From assembly GCA_020137815.1 (NCBI GenBank), contig CM035360.1, forward strand, positions 1,054,001-1,118,000: DNA of 64,000 nucleotides. Direction: 5' to 3'. The translations under genes were made by a program, and so were the position numbers. Positions within the stretch are counted from its first letter, which is position 1. Every line of letters starts with the position of its first letter. Below, in pieces: positions 1 through 11,200 of the stretch. A model generated the notes under the pieces. The model made no database searches, was not told the origin of the DNA, and saw only the letters and a list, made by a program, of their open reading frames with translations. Source of the stretch: Hormiphora californensis (lineage: Eukaryota > Animalia > Ctenophora).

Positions 1-659
1 CCTTTGCAGTCGAGTACCATCGACCCCGAAGTAAAGATTACCACGTCCCGTGGGAAGGAAATATCAAGAAGTCGGTTGAAGGGGTTAACGTTGAAGTGAC
101 GGAAATCAGCCCAAGGAGTGGAAGAATTCTTACATCTTCCACGTTTGTGGAATTCCATCATGTCACGATTAGACCACTTGAAATCCTTTTTACATCGGGT
201 ACACTTGACAAGCCTCTCTTTGCAGAATTTGTAGAGATGATCGTCCATGAAGGAATATCTCACCATCTTGTAGCACATGGGGCATCGTTCTTTCAGATGC
301 TGGTTAGAAATAAATCGGCCCAAATTCCGATACTGCTTTCTCTCGTTGTAAAGTTTGGAGAACCTATATCTCATAACACTCCTAGGGGTAAACTTCCTCC
401 TCTTCTTCTTCCATCCAGGACATGTTCTGCCTTTGTGTTTTAGAATCAGTTTGTGACACCTCTTACAAGTTTCCGGATCATCCGATTTAGCAGAATCCCC
501 ACCGGTCGTCCCAATAACTGCTGATGTTTTATCATCAACAAATTCTGCGTACTCAGGCGGATATTTCTTGGAGTGAAAGAATCTTCCCAAGGTCGGAAGT
601 TGATCTTGACGATCACTATTCTCGAGGTCAACCTCAATGACCCACTCAAAATTTACCAT
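1..659 (-). CDS. Partial (runs off left edge) zinc-finger / inactive RNase H-like protein, paralog of 3426..7433
   Basis: Manual translation from ATG at 659 is open to base 3: MVNFEWVIEV...CPGWKKKRRKFTPRSVMRYRFSKLYNERKQYRNLGR...ERCPMCYKMVRYSFMDDHLYKFCKERLVKC...FNVNPFNRLLDISFPRDVVIFTSGSMVLDCK. It aligns colinearly with CPRRKGTRKTSPRTIRNYRFSRL...ERCPDCKQWVRYSFMDTHLYEIC...DIVVYTAGSMVMDCK in the 1335-aa ORF. Missing from the ORF track because there is no stop codon in the window. Confidence 0.85.
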   Translation of the reverse strand, partial: MVNFEWVIEVDLENSDRQDQLPTLGRFFHSKKYPPEYAEFVDDKTSAVIGTTGGDSAKSDDPETCKRCHKLILKHKGRTCPGWKKKRRKFTPRSVMRYRFSKLYNERKQYRNLGRFISNQHLKERCPMCYKMVRYSFMDDHLYKFCKERLVKCTRCKKDFKWSNRDMMEFHKRGRCKNSSTPWADFRHFNVNPFNRLLDISFPRDVVIFTSGSMVLDCK

Positions 660-1149
660 GGTGAAGAAAAGTTGTAGTTGCTGGTGATAAGAGCGTATCT
701 ATGGCATGTCCTAAAGTGGAGATAGGAGGTTGAGTTAGAAGTTGATATTGGGTTAAAATTGCAGGTTTTAGTCGACCAAAAAACAACTTTTAGAAAACCT
801 TTCATGTAAGAAACAGTTACAGAAGTTAAAAGATAATCACATTTAGCTCAAATGTTTAGCTTCAAAAATCAAGAGATTTTTCGGATAAAAAATTGAAAAT
901 TAAATGAATCAAATCCAAATCAAGGGTCCGCATCACTCACGTTGATAGGTATCACAGCGATCGCAGTTCAATGAACACCAAAGAAATCGATTACAAATGC
1001 AACCCGTGCTTTTCAGTCATTTTCATTTTCGCCACTCTCCTAAAAACTCAAAAGCAAGCATGATGACAAAACGCAGAAAAGATAAAGCATCTGGAATCTA
1101 ATTAAACATTGAAAGTCGAAAGATCGGATCCTTGTTCATCCCACATTAA

Positions 1150-1599
1150 AGGTTGACAAGATACCTAAAACTTTTCGTATATCGTCTTATTTTGATTTAT
1201 CATTAATTTTCAGCATTTTTTCAGAATTTTTTGTCGGCTAGAAATATGTGCAAAATAGGGGGTCTACTGACAAATGAGTGTGCCTTTTTTAAAATTGATA
1301 CCGTAATATCTCCGGTTCCTGATGAGATACAGAAACCGTTTTGGTAGCGTTGGAAAGGTCTTATTGAGATCAATCCAACGCAACCAAGATCAAGTCTTTA
1401 TCTTTTGAGGAACCGGAAACGTGAATTTCAATTTGCGAGACGCAGTGAGTGTGCCCAGTAAAACCAGTGCTGACAATATCGGTAGACCCCCTATTTCGAA
1501 TTTTTTTCTAGCCGACAAAAAATTCTGAAAAAATGCTGAAAATTAATGATAAATCAAAATAAGACGATATACGAAAAGTTTTAGGTATCTTGTCAACCT
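1150..1599. mobile_element. Non-autonomous DNA transposon (MITE), TTAA target, AGG...CCT ends (Kolobok-like)
   Basis: ~115-bp terminal inverted repeats AGGTTGACAAGATACCTAAAAC.../...GTTTTAGGTATCTTGTCAACCT, flanked by TTAA (1146-1149, 1600-1603). Near-identical copy at 63352-63797. Confidence 0.85.
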
Positions 1600-1668
1600 T
1601 TAACAGATTACTTTTTAAACTTTTTAATTATAAAATAAAGCTACGTAGTTTTTTGCCGAAACTACTAA

Positions 1669-3258
1669 TTAGGAGCCATAAGCCATGGCACGGGAGCAAG
1701 CTGGCCAGTATAACCTCAAACTAAAAAGTTTTTGATAGAATGGGATATTGGCAAAAGATTCGTACGTGCAAGACAACGGATATTCATGTCCTGATTTATT
1801 TAATAGGACTGCGCTGACATAACTAACAAGGGATGGGCTATTTTCATGCGAAACGCAGAATGGTATATCTCTTTGACTAACGGCGTCAAAGGAAATATTA
1901 ACTTTTGGCAGTTGTTCCCAAGCTTCTACCGTAAAGGTCACTTTAACTGCGACACCACAAAATTCTGGAGGATTATATCCACAGTTTTTACATTCTGGAT
2001 TAGGATGTTTATTTACATTTTTACCCAGGACCAGACAGGTTTCTTTAGTGAACGGCAACGTATGTGCAGCGTTGTATGATAGTTCTTTAACGAACAAATT
2101 CTGAGTGTACCATACCACTTCATTCCGATACCATTGTTGGGAATGGCTATACGATATTGCCTGAGGAGTTAGGAAGGTGGGAAAGTAGTCTGCCCCTTCC
2201 AAAACTGCCTCCTCCATTATATTCTTTGCAAAGTATGCACGGATTTTCTGTTGTTGGACGCTTTGGTACTGAAGAATAATACTGTTGAAGATGTTAACAG
2301 CTTGTCGTGAGGTTTTTATTTGAGGATTTTTCTTGATCGAATCGATATCTTCTTTCCAATGTCCACTCATGGATATCGGGAAGGTGGCATCTACCACTGG
2401 CAGTAACCGCCCCACATCTTCACCATCACTCAAACAATCCTCCTCCTCAGACACCTTACTCATATCAGCCAGCACCTGGAATAAAAAACCATAATCATCA
2501 GGAGACACATATGCTTTCAGGATTTCCATTAGTTTTTTGTAGGCCTCTTTATCCAGATTTTGGCAAGTCACTAGAGCTGGCGAGTTTAACAACTGCTTCT
2601 CATCGTTGGTTAGCCTGTGTGGCCGAGGTTTACTTTCAATACCCTCTGCCAGACTCGTGTACAGAGTAGGAATCGAAGTACCGGCTAAATAACTGCAAAG
2701 TTTAACATCCACTTCTCCCATCGGATCACGAGCCATAACGTCACGAATAAGAGCAGATCTCAGCTCCGGAGATTTTCTCTGTAACCCGATATTGAGAGCT
2801 TTAACCAACTTTTTATCAGACCTTTCTTTCACCAAAAAGGCAGCTTCATCAAACATGTACCGGATATCATCAAGAGAGTCCTCAGTCAGGTCGGTACAGA
2901 TATCACAGAAAAACCGGAGGCACTCTTTAGCTATCCATTCCACTTTAAAAGCAATGCTTATTTTGTTGAGATCACGAAAAGTTTCCCTGTTTAGCTGTCC
3001 CTCAACAGAACCGGAGTAGCAACATTCAATAAAACAGTTGACCCCCTCAACCGTGAAATCAACCATGTCCAAGTCTACCAAGAAGTCCTTCTCAGAGATC
3101 TCGGAGATTACTGGGCTGTTCAGGGTCAGGATAAGGGAGTTGGCCTTCACCTCCTCCCCGTTACTAGTCGTAATTGTGACGTCATTGAGACCTTTGTAAC
3201 CGCGGAGCAGACTGCCGAAATTGGTGGGAACACTGATTTGAGGTAATGCAGTAGCCAT
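1669..3258 (-). CDS. BTB/POZ-domain protein (intronless, 529 aa)
   Basis: N-terminal DVTITTSNGEEVKANSLILTLNSPVI...DFTVEGVNCFIECCYSG...LNKISIAFKVEWI fits the BTB pattern. C-terminus not recognised. Confidence 0.8.
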   Translation of the reverse strand: MATALPQISVPTNFGSLLRGYKGLNDVTITTSNGEEVKANSLILTLNSPVISEISEKDFLVDLDMVDFTVEGVNCFIECCYSGSVEGQLNRETFRDLNKISIAFKVEWIAKECLRFFCDICTDLTEDSLDDIRYMFDEAAFLVKERSDKKLVKALNIGLQRKSPELRSALIRDVMARDPMGEVDVKLCSYLAGTSIPTLYTSLAEGIESKPRPHRLTNDEKQLLNSPALVTCQNLDKEAYKKLMEILKAYVSPDDYGFLFQVLADMSKVSEEEDCLSDGEDVGRLLPVVDATFPISMSGHWKEDIDSIKKNPQIKTSRQAVNIFNSIILQYQSVQQQKIRAYFAKNIMEEAVLEGADYFPTFLTPQAISYSHSQQWYRNEVVWYTQNLFVKELSYNAAHTLPFTKETCLVLGKNVNKHPNPECKNCGYNPPEFCGVAVKVTFTVEAWEQLPKVNISFDAVSQRDIPFCVSHENSPSLVSYVSAVLLNKSGHEYPLSCTYESFANIPFYQKLFSLRLYWPACSRAMAYGS

Positions 3259-3425
3259 CTATTGTGCACTAAAAGGGATAGGGGTATGGAGTTAGTAACT
3301 GGAGAGATTTTAAAATGCCGAAAAAAACGAACAAGTTTTAGAAAAAAATTTAAGCCCGTGTCATGCTAAACAATTTTTTTAATAAATCATAAGAAACAAT
3401 TATCACAGATAATCATAGTAATCAA

Positions 3426-6400
3426 TCAGTCACAAATGCACTTCCCTATGCCATGCTTTTTAATCTTTTTAAATTTCCCGACTCTTCCACAAAACCAACA
3501 CCGAACAGGGCGTGATTCACAGTGTTCCTTTTCATGCGTATCCAACGAGATGTGCGACGGCAGAAATTTGTGACAAAAGCGGCAGGAGATAGGAGTTTTA
3601 TCTGCAGAGAACTTTCCTTTGATTTTAAACTTGGACCTTTTGGACCTACGAGCTTTGTTGGACCTACCAGCTTTGCTAGACCCAGCAGCTTTGTTGGGCC
3701 CACCAGCTTTTTGAGATTTAGCTGCTTTCTGAGCCTTGGCTCCTTTCTGAGACGCAACAACTTTTTGAAGCCCACCAGTTTTCGGAGACCCAACAGCTTT
3801 TTGAGACCCAACAGCTTTTCCAGCCCGTCCAGCTTTGCTTCCGATAAACCAGAGCTTTTCTTCTAACCTATCTTTTGGAGGTTTTTTCAAAACTTCCGCA
3901 TATGAAGCAATGCTATTGTTGTCGGGTTCTGGGAGCGTTGAGGGCATTGGGTGAGTGATACACGGCACAGACCGGACCGGCTGACGACGATTCACATTCT
4001 TGACACAAGATCGAACGTGATCCCTCAGCTCATTTTCTGGAAAAAACCGGGAACAAAATCTGCAGGCTTCCTCACTCCACCATGATTCACTGCGGCGACG
4101 CATCAAGGCCGAATACCTCAGGACTGGGTCCAAGAATTCTCCTAAGGCAATCGGGAGAGCCTGGAAATATCGAGTCGGTCGATACTCGGAGTGAATTGTC
4201 CTCAGATATTCAGGTATATTCAAATCTCTATCATTTTCATTGTCTTCCCGTTCAGTATGGCGTCTTTTCTTTTTTACCCTACGTGGAATCTTCGGAAACA
4301 GCCCAGTCCTGCCAACGCACGCAGACTTTTGGTGGGACTCAAGGTTTTCAGCGGCCACTCTAAAACTACAAACGTTACAAATCACCAATCGCATCACACA
4401 GCTTTTCTTCATGTGGTGACCAAGTTGTTTGCAATAAAATGCTTCTCCACAAAATCGACACTCTTCAAAACGATCCAGATCCTCCCACGATTCAGGGACT
4501 CCATCCGAATCAGAACTAGCTCCCGGGGTGTTTTCTGAAGGGTCAGTTGATTCGTTTGCAACCTCATAATGTCTATTGCACGTTCTACGGTGTTCAGGAC
4601 GTTTGTCGAAAGGAATCCAGCGACAACAGATCTGACAAAAGAAATCCCTTTTTCTCGTTGGTCTATCACGTTTTAGAAGGTCGATTTTTCTGGTAAAACC
4701 AATGTGTTTGAAGTTGTAGCCGTTACGCTTTGAAGTAGCAGCTGAACGGGCCAGATTCCTTGCCATCTTAGCCCCTGGAGCTCCTTTTATCATTATTCCG
4801 TTCAAAGTGACATCAACATACTCAGATAGTTTATTCAGTGACCTTACCGTGTTTAGGAGATTGATCGACGTTACTGGTCCTAGCCTTAGGGCTTCTAGAA
4901 CCTGCTTATTTGGAGTCACCATGTGAACTGTAGGACCCACGAGAGAGGGCTGTGAAAGAAGACTTCTTACTGCGAGAAGTACAGCGCACAAGTCTGAACC
5001 AAACCTCCCTGCACCTTTTGGATAAAGTCGTGTGCATGAATATTCTGGTTCTTCACCAGGCCTTACAACCACCCATGCACAGCCACATTTGCAGTCCATC
5101 ACCATACTGCCCGCTGTGTAAACAACTATATCTTGGGAACATGAGGATTCTGGAAGTTGATTAAAGGGACTGACCGTGAAAAGACGAGTGATAAGTTGCT
5201 TCTTGAAAGAACTGGAATGCTTTTTGTGGGGCCGAAGACCATTGTGCCTACGAAGCCATTTAACAGGCATCGTTATTTCACAACAATTTATTTTTCGATT
5301 CGGACAAATCTCATAAAGATGAGTATCCATGAAGGAGTACCTAACCCACTGTTTGCAATCGGGGCACCGCTCATTTAGATTCTCGTTGGTCATCCCGGGT
5401 CTACCGATATTTTGATATTGAGACATCTCGTAACTCAAGCGAGAGAACCTGTAGTTCCGGATAGTTCGAGGGGAGGTCTTCCTCGTTCCTTTCCTCCGTG
5501 GACACCTCTTCGTCCCCCGGTTGTAGCGTGAGGGATGGTGGAGTGACATTGGGAGGTTGCAGTTAGAGCAGATATTAAGCTGTTTTAGAGTGGACGAAGG
5601 TGGCCAGCAAGCCTGAGGAAGGGCTTTCTTCGATTTTATTAATCCACCTCCTTTCAGTTTCGGAGACCCACTCTTTTCACATATGTGATAGGGCATTAAA
5701 GGCCAAGGAACAAACAATAAACATCGTGGACATACAGGATTCCAGATGTGTCCAGGCCAAAAATTGTCACTTTGACTTTGGCGAGAAGATTCACCAGTGA
5801 GCTGAGAAGTTTCATTCTCGGCCACTTTTTCTAAACTTGTAACGAAAGAAAAGAACTGATCTGTAGAATGTGAAGAATGCGAAGGTTTCTGAGACTCAAG
5901 AGCTTTCTGAGGCCCACCAGCCTTTTGAACCTCACCAGCTTTCTGAGATCCAGTAGCTTTCTGCAGAGACCCATTCGTTTTCTGAGACCCACCAGCTTTT
6001 TTAGATTTATCAGCTTTTTGAAGCCCACTACATTTCTGATACTTAGTCTTAGCTGCTTTCTGAAGCCCACCAGTTTTCGGAGACGTAACAGCTTTCTGAG
6101 ATGCAACAGCTTTTTGAGATTTAGCTAGTTTCTGAGACTTGGCTCCTTTCTCAGACTTGGCTCCTTTCTGAGCCTTGGCTGCTTTCTGAGACGGCACAAC
6201 TTTGTTAGAGCTATCAGGTTTCTGAAAGTCATCAGCTTGTTGAGACCCAACAGCTTTTTGAAACCCAACAGCTTTCTGGGATCCACTAGCTTTCTGAAAC
6301 CCAACAGCTTTTTGAAACCCAACAGCTTTCTGGGATCCACTAGCTTTCTGAAACTCATCAGCTTTCTGAGACCCAACAGCTTTCTGAGACGCAACAACTT

Positions 6401-7433
6401 TCTGAGACCCAACAGCTTTTTGAGACCCAACAGCTTCCTGGGACGCAACAACTTTCTGAGACCCAACAGCTTTCTGAGACCCAACAGCTTTCTGAGACGC
6501 AACAACTTTTTGAAACCCAACAGCTTTCTGGGATCCACTAGCTTTCTGAAACTCATCAGCTTTCTGAAGCCCAACCACTTTCTGAGACCCAACAGATTTC
6601 TGAAGCCCAACAACTTTCTGAGACCCAACAGCTTTTTGAGACCCAACAGCTTTCTGGGACCCAACAGCTTTCTGAGGCCGAACAGCTTTCTGAGACCCAC
6701 CAATACCAATACCGTCTTCATCATCATCACGTTCACTACTAGGATTCCTATCCTTTTCACATTTGTGATAGTGCATCATAGGCCAAGGAACAAACAAAAA
6801 ACATCGAGGGCATACAGGATTATAGTTATTTCTAGGCTGAGATTTGTCAACGAGTTGAGGTTTTTGTTGAGACCCACCAGCTTCCTGAGACTTGGCAACT
6901 TTTTGAGACCCTTGAGTTGCATTTTGAGACCAACTCGATTCACCAGTCTTTTGAGAAGATTCACCAGTCTGTTGAGAAGATTCACCAGTCTGTTGAGAAG
7001 ATTCACCAGTCTTTTGAGAAGATTCGCCAGTCTTTTGAGAAGACTCACTTGTCTGTTGAGAAGATTCACTTGTCTTTACGTTGCAAGATGTTTTACTTTT
7101 GTTATCCGGAGGAACGAGGTGGTTCTTCTGGACAATTTGGTTCATTTTTTCATCATCATTGCCCTCCTCAGGATCACCAATTTTACATCGATGGGGCTGT
7201 TGTGACGAAACCAAAGTTGAGCAGTATGGGCATTTTGGAAGGATAATTTCCGGACACCTTTTAATGTGGAGCTCCTGGAGATTCTTGTGCGAAGGTAGCA
7301 GTTTACTGCAATGGGGACAGAAAACTGCATTGGTCGGCTGCTCATTTTTACACTTGTGTTTACGCAGTTTTTTCAGTGTCCTGAATTCCACAGGACAACT
7401 GGGACATTTGTGTTTCATTTCCAAATGAGGCAA
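3426..7433 (-). CDS. Multi-zinc-finger (C2HC/TRAF-type) protein with GSQKAV repeats and a catalytically substituted RNase H-like domain
   Basis: 1335-aa uninterrupted ORF with about ten CxxC...H...C clusters, hexapeptide and heptapeptide repeats, and an RNase HI-like segment at ~4735-5132. The true start may be the ATG at 7506 (MATTTYLEPRQ...) if one extra A near 7437 is an assembly error; otherwise MKHK. Confidence 0.85.
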   Translation of the reverse strand: MPHLEMKHKCPSCPVEFRTLKKLRKHKCKNEQPTNAVFCPHCSKLLPSHKNLQELHIKRCPEIILPKCPYCSTLVSSQQPHRCKIGDPEEGNDDEKMNQIVQKNHLVPPDNKSKTSCNVKTSESSQQTSESSQKTGESSQKTGESSQQTGESSQQTGESSQKTGESSWSQNATQGSQKVAKSQEAGGSQQKPQLVDKSQPRNNYNPVCPRCFLFVPWPMMHYHKCEKDRNPSSERDDDEDGIGIGGSQKAVRPQKAVGSQKAVGSQKAVGSQKVVGLQKSVGSQKVVGLQKADEFQKASGSQKAVGFQKVVASQKAVGSQKAVGSQKVVASQEAVGSQKAVGSQKVVASQKAVGSQKADEFQKASGSQKAVGFQKAVGFQKASGSQKAVGFQKAVGSQQADDFQKPDSSNKVVPSQKAAKAQKGAKSEKGAKSQKLAKSQKAVASQKAVTSPKTGGLQKAAKTKYQKCSGLQKADKSKKAGGSQKTNGSLQKATGSQKAGEVQKAGGPQKALESQKPSHSSHSTDQFFSFVTSLEKVAENETSQLTGESSRQSQSDNFWPGHIWNPVCPRCLLFVPWPLMPYHICEKSGSPKLKGGGLIKSKKALPQACWPPSSTLKQLNICSNCNLPMSLHHPSRYNRGTKRCPRRKGTRKTSPRTIRNYRFSRLSYEMSQYQNIGRPGMTNENLNERCPDCKQWVRYSFMDTHLYEICPNRKINCCEITMPVKWLRRHNGLRPHKKHSSSFKKQLITRLFTVSPFNQLPESSCSQDIVVYTAGSMVMDCKCGCAWVVVRPGEEPEYSCTRLYPKGAGRFGSDLCAVLLAVRSLLSQPSLVGPTVHMVTPNKQVLEALRLGPVTSINLLNTVRSLNKLSEYVDVTLNGIMIKGAPGAKMARNLARSAATSKRNGYNFKHIGFTRKIDLLKRDRPTRKRDFFCQICCRWIPFDKRPEHRRTCNRHYEVANESTDPSENTPGASSDSDGVPESWEDLDRFEECRFCGEAFYCKQLGHHMKKSCVMRLVICNVCSFRVAAENLESHQKSACVGRTGLFPKIPRRVKKKRRHTEREDNENDRDLNIPEYLRTIHSEYRPTRYFQALPIALGEFLDPVLRYSALMRRRSESWWSEEACRFCSRFFPENELRDHVRSCVKNVNRRQPVRSVPCITHPMPSTLPEPDNNSIASYAEVLKKPPKDRLEEKLWFIGSKAGRAGKAVGSQKAVGSPKTGGLQKVVASQKGAKAQKAAKSQKAGGPNKAAGSSKAGRSNKARRSKRSKFKIKGKFSADKTPISCRFCHKFLPSHISLDTHEKEHCESRPVRCWFCGRVGKFKKIKKHGIGKCICD
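5900..6700 (-). repeat. Coding minisatellite, 18-bp unit encoding GSQKAV/GFQKAS variants
   Basis: Repeats of agacccaacagctttctg on the + strand. A second block lies at ~3640-3820, and a 21-bp TGESSQQ/K repeat at ~6935-7070. Confidence 0.9.
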
Positions 7434-8264
7434 TTTAGTTTATCATAGAGTTAAGTTGGGGGATGGTGAAGGACTGCCTTGGCTCCAGATAAGTAGTGGT
7501 CGCCATTTGTAGCTAGAGAGGGTTATATGTTGGGCTGTTAAATAATTGGGCATTTGAAAAAATAGACAATTAGTACATCGAATTTTCACCCGAATGCATA
7601 GATGTCTTTTTGGAAAAAGTATCTGAGCGAATGCCGTTAGAATGTGTTTAGAATTCACCCCCGGGGATAATTAGTGGAGAATAATATTATTCAGTAGGTT
7701 AAGGAGCAATATAAAATGAACCCACACAAACTCTACAAGTAAACAAAACTCCAAAACTCTAATCTGATAAAGAATTATCTTCCTAAGGTAAAGAAGAATA
7801 TTATTTATAACTCAGAGAGGCAAGGGTCGAAGCTACACACACATGAGAAAGCTCTGGAAACACAATGTGTGCGTGGTAGAAATTGAGAGAGAGATAGCAG
7901 TAAGGGCGACATTCTGAGTGAATATATATCTGGAATCGAGCCAACGTATCGACATTTGAAGCAGAGAATAACAGACTATACTCTATCACATCAAACTGTA
8001 TGTAAAATGTTTCCATCTTGGGCAAAGGTGTGGTTTGAGACTTGAATATAATGGGCACTACATCAAGTATGGGATGAATAACAACATGATCGATATAGTT
8101 AAGAAGCGACGAAAGCTACAGAACAAAGAGTAGTGTACTAGTGTCTGTCAACTGCAGCAGTACAACAAAATTTACACATCAAATACATTCTGAATCGAAA
8201 ATTGGGTCTGTTTTTTCAGTAGACCGAATACAAGTAGAAGTTTCAAATTAATCGATTGCAGATT

Positions 8265-11200
8265 TCAGGTATAGTAAGACCATCGTTGAGATGGTAAGCT
8301 GCACGCTGAAAATCTAAATCAAAATTTGTGTAAAAACATATCTACACGAACAAACAAACAATCTATCTCACAAACCTGTTGAGTTGATTTCCTCCATCTT
8401 TGCGAGTTGAGCCTCCAACTCCTCGATCCTCTTGGCCTTGCCAGCCCACAACTCCCTTTCCCGATCCAATACCTGCTGAATCTCCTCACACTCCTTCTCT
8501 TTGTTCGTCATCAGGGAGTCAAACTGAAACAGCAAACAGTGTCAGATAAATGATCTTCAAATCACACTTGAATTGTACAATTCGTGCCGGTACATCACAC
8601 AAATACCACTCAAGTCACGATTCATAATTTCTATCCAATATCATTTGCATTCACAATATTCTAATTATGTACAGTCGGACCCCGATTTACCGGGATGCTC
8701 GGGGGAAAGGGTTTTGCCCGGTAAATCGGGGTGCCCGGTATATCGGGGTCAAATACCGTTAATTTCCTATATCGGGGGAATTTTATCCTCCCGGTAAATC
8801 GGGGTTCCGGTAAATCGGGGCCCGGTAAATCGGGGTCCGACTGTACCTGTAACGATTTGTTCCGTACAATGTCAGACAACTCCTCCTGTAACTCATCAAC
8901 CTGGGAATTGTAATTAAATTAATTAATTAAATTGGGTAGAGTTATCAGGGTTTCACAAGAGTTATCATTTTCAGAGTGATATATTGTCAAATTACTATTA
9001 TTACTACTAATTACTACTAATATTATTGACCTGTTTATTCTTCTCCAACAACTGAGCCTGGACTTTAGTTAACCGCTCCCTCAGGTCAGCAGCTGATTCG
9101 TTCTCTTTGTTGGAGTCACCAGTAGTAGGTGTGTTCTGGGAGGTAGAGAGTACCTGGTAGAGAGGAAGAGAGGGCATGCAGGGAGGGATAAAGATATTTG
9201 TCATGCGAATTGAGATCAATGAAGCCATGCAAAGCCGTAGTATAACTTAGCTGTCCCCAAATTTAACGCAAGATGAAATATTTCCAGTAGATAATAAAAA
9301 TGGGACTAAAATCATGAGAAATTCCAAGTTTTGGTTGTTCCACATACCTTCTGAAGGGCCTGTAACTCAGATTTTAACTGGGAAATAATGCCTGCCATTT
9401 CTCCCACGTGACCCTTCAGTTCTGCTATCTCCACATCCTTTTCCTTTACACACTTCTCCGCAGTGACCAGCTTCCGAATTGCTACTGATTTCTCATTTTG
9501 TAGCTTTTCTAACTCTTCCGAATGCCTTGAACCTGGGATATATAATAGGATATATAATAGGGGATAATATAGGATATATAATAGGGGATAATATAGGATA
9601 TATAATAGGGGATAATATAGGATATATAATAGGGGATATATAATAGGGGAGGTGTGTGTGTGTCAGGAGTGGTGACAGTTGAGGTGTAAACTGTAAACCC
9701 ATAATTAGGAGCAGCCACAAATGAGGTGCTGAGTATGCACATAGTTGATAGTAGAGTCGATAACTATATCGACCCCTCCCAATTGTTCCAGTTTTTGTCG
9801 AGGCTCCAAACAGATGTAACAAAAAATGGAACAATTGAGAGGGGTCGATGTAGTTATCGACTCTACTAACAGGAATGTAGTGTATCAAACATTGTTACAG
9901 CAACCATTATCCCCAAATTAAAACTTACCAATGTCATTCTGTTCCAGTTTGTCTTTGGTCATCTGCTCAATGATAGCTATCTTCTGAGTCAGTTCTGCAC
10001 TTCCCTGTTGACACCTAACTTCTAGCTGGTCTACCACCGTCTGTAGTTTCTCAATCTGTGCCGGGAGAATTGTTTGATATATCGAATTGTTAGACTACAA
10101 ATTGAAACACTCGTGTTCCTTGAGCATCCCAATAAATCGGGGTCCGACTGAACTAACATCCACTGCCAACCGGTGAAATTTTACCTGTCGTGCCTTGTCC
10201 AACTTTGCATCATTACATTCTTTCTCCCAGAATGTTGTGAGTCGTGTAGCCTCCTCTACATCCTTGAACAGGGTGTTAACCTCCCCCTCCTTCTCTATCA
10301 GCTGTTTAGCATACCTGCAGGTGAAGAGGAGTACATTGGTTACAAGCACAGTGATTCACCGGACTCCGCGGAGAAAGGGTTTCAGCCCGTTAGATCGAGG
10401 TCCAGTTAACAATTTGGGAACGATTGGGTCACAGATAACCTGATGACTGAGTACTTTGAACCCGTTTAAACAAGTAATTTTAGAACAAATTTAAAAGTTT
10501 TAGACCCCATTTCTTCTAAAATTACCTATCTTTCTCCTCATTGCTATCATTATACAGCTGCTGAGTTGTTTTCAGCTCCAGCTTGGCATGGAACAGTTTC
10601 TGATCAGTTTCCTCCCTGAACCCAGAGTATTCCTCCCGGCATTTCTTGTATTCTTCCTTGGACCGTTGGATTTCTGCTTTCAAGTTCGCCACCGTCTCTT
10701 CAAGTTCACGCTCCGCGGTTCCTGGTGTGAAATATGTATTGGGGTAGTATGGACTAACGAGTGGCAACTAAAAATTGTCACTAATTTCAAACGACTGTAT
10801 AATTTTTCCCTTCTGAGATAAAGCTTCGAGCCAGTGATAGAAAGATTTTTCAGACATTTTTAAATCAGAAGAATGAGAAAGTTCATTTTCAATGCGATAT
10901 CGCATCATTTCCTCTTGACCCACCAAAGCATGTTATAGTACGTGAAATCTACACACTTTTCTAGTTTTCAGTTTAACACCTACGACCTAGTATTATTCTC
11001 ATGTAGCACAAGTCATGTATGCCATATATATTTCGATCTTCAACATTTAAATATTCCAACTTCCTGAGAATAGCAAGCAGGCACGTGTACCTGGTTTTTC
11101 ACACTCCTTCTTTAGGTGTAGCAAGCAGGGGAAAACTCGGTTTACTATCAACTGTGTTAGAGCTATCATTCAACGTTGCCATGGCGACAGTGTAGCAAGC

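Noticed and set aside
6125-7205. Long overlapping ORFs (LRPNSF / LLGLRK repeats)
   Set aside because: Alternate-frame by-products of the 18-bp coding repeat.
3426-7433. Interpreting the 1335-aa ORF as an active retrotransposon
   Set aside because: No RT, endonuclease, tail or TSD is visible, and the RNase H catalytic residues are substituted.
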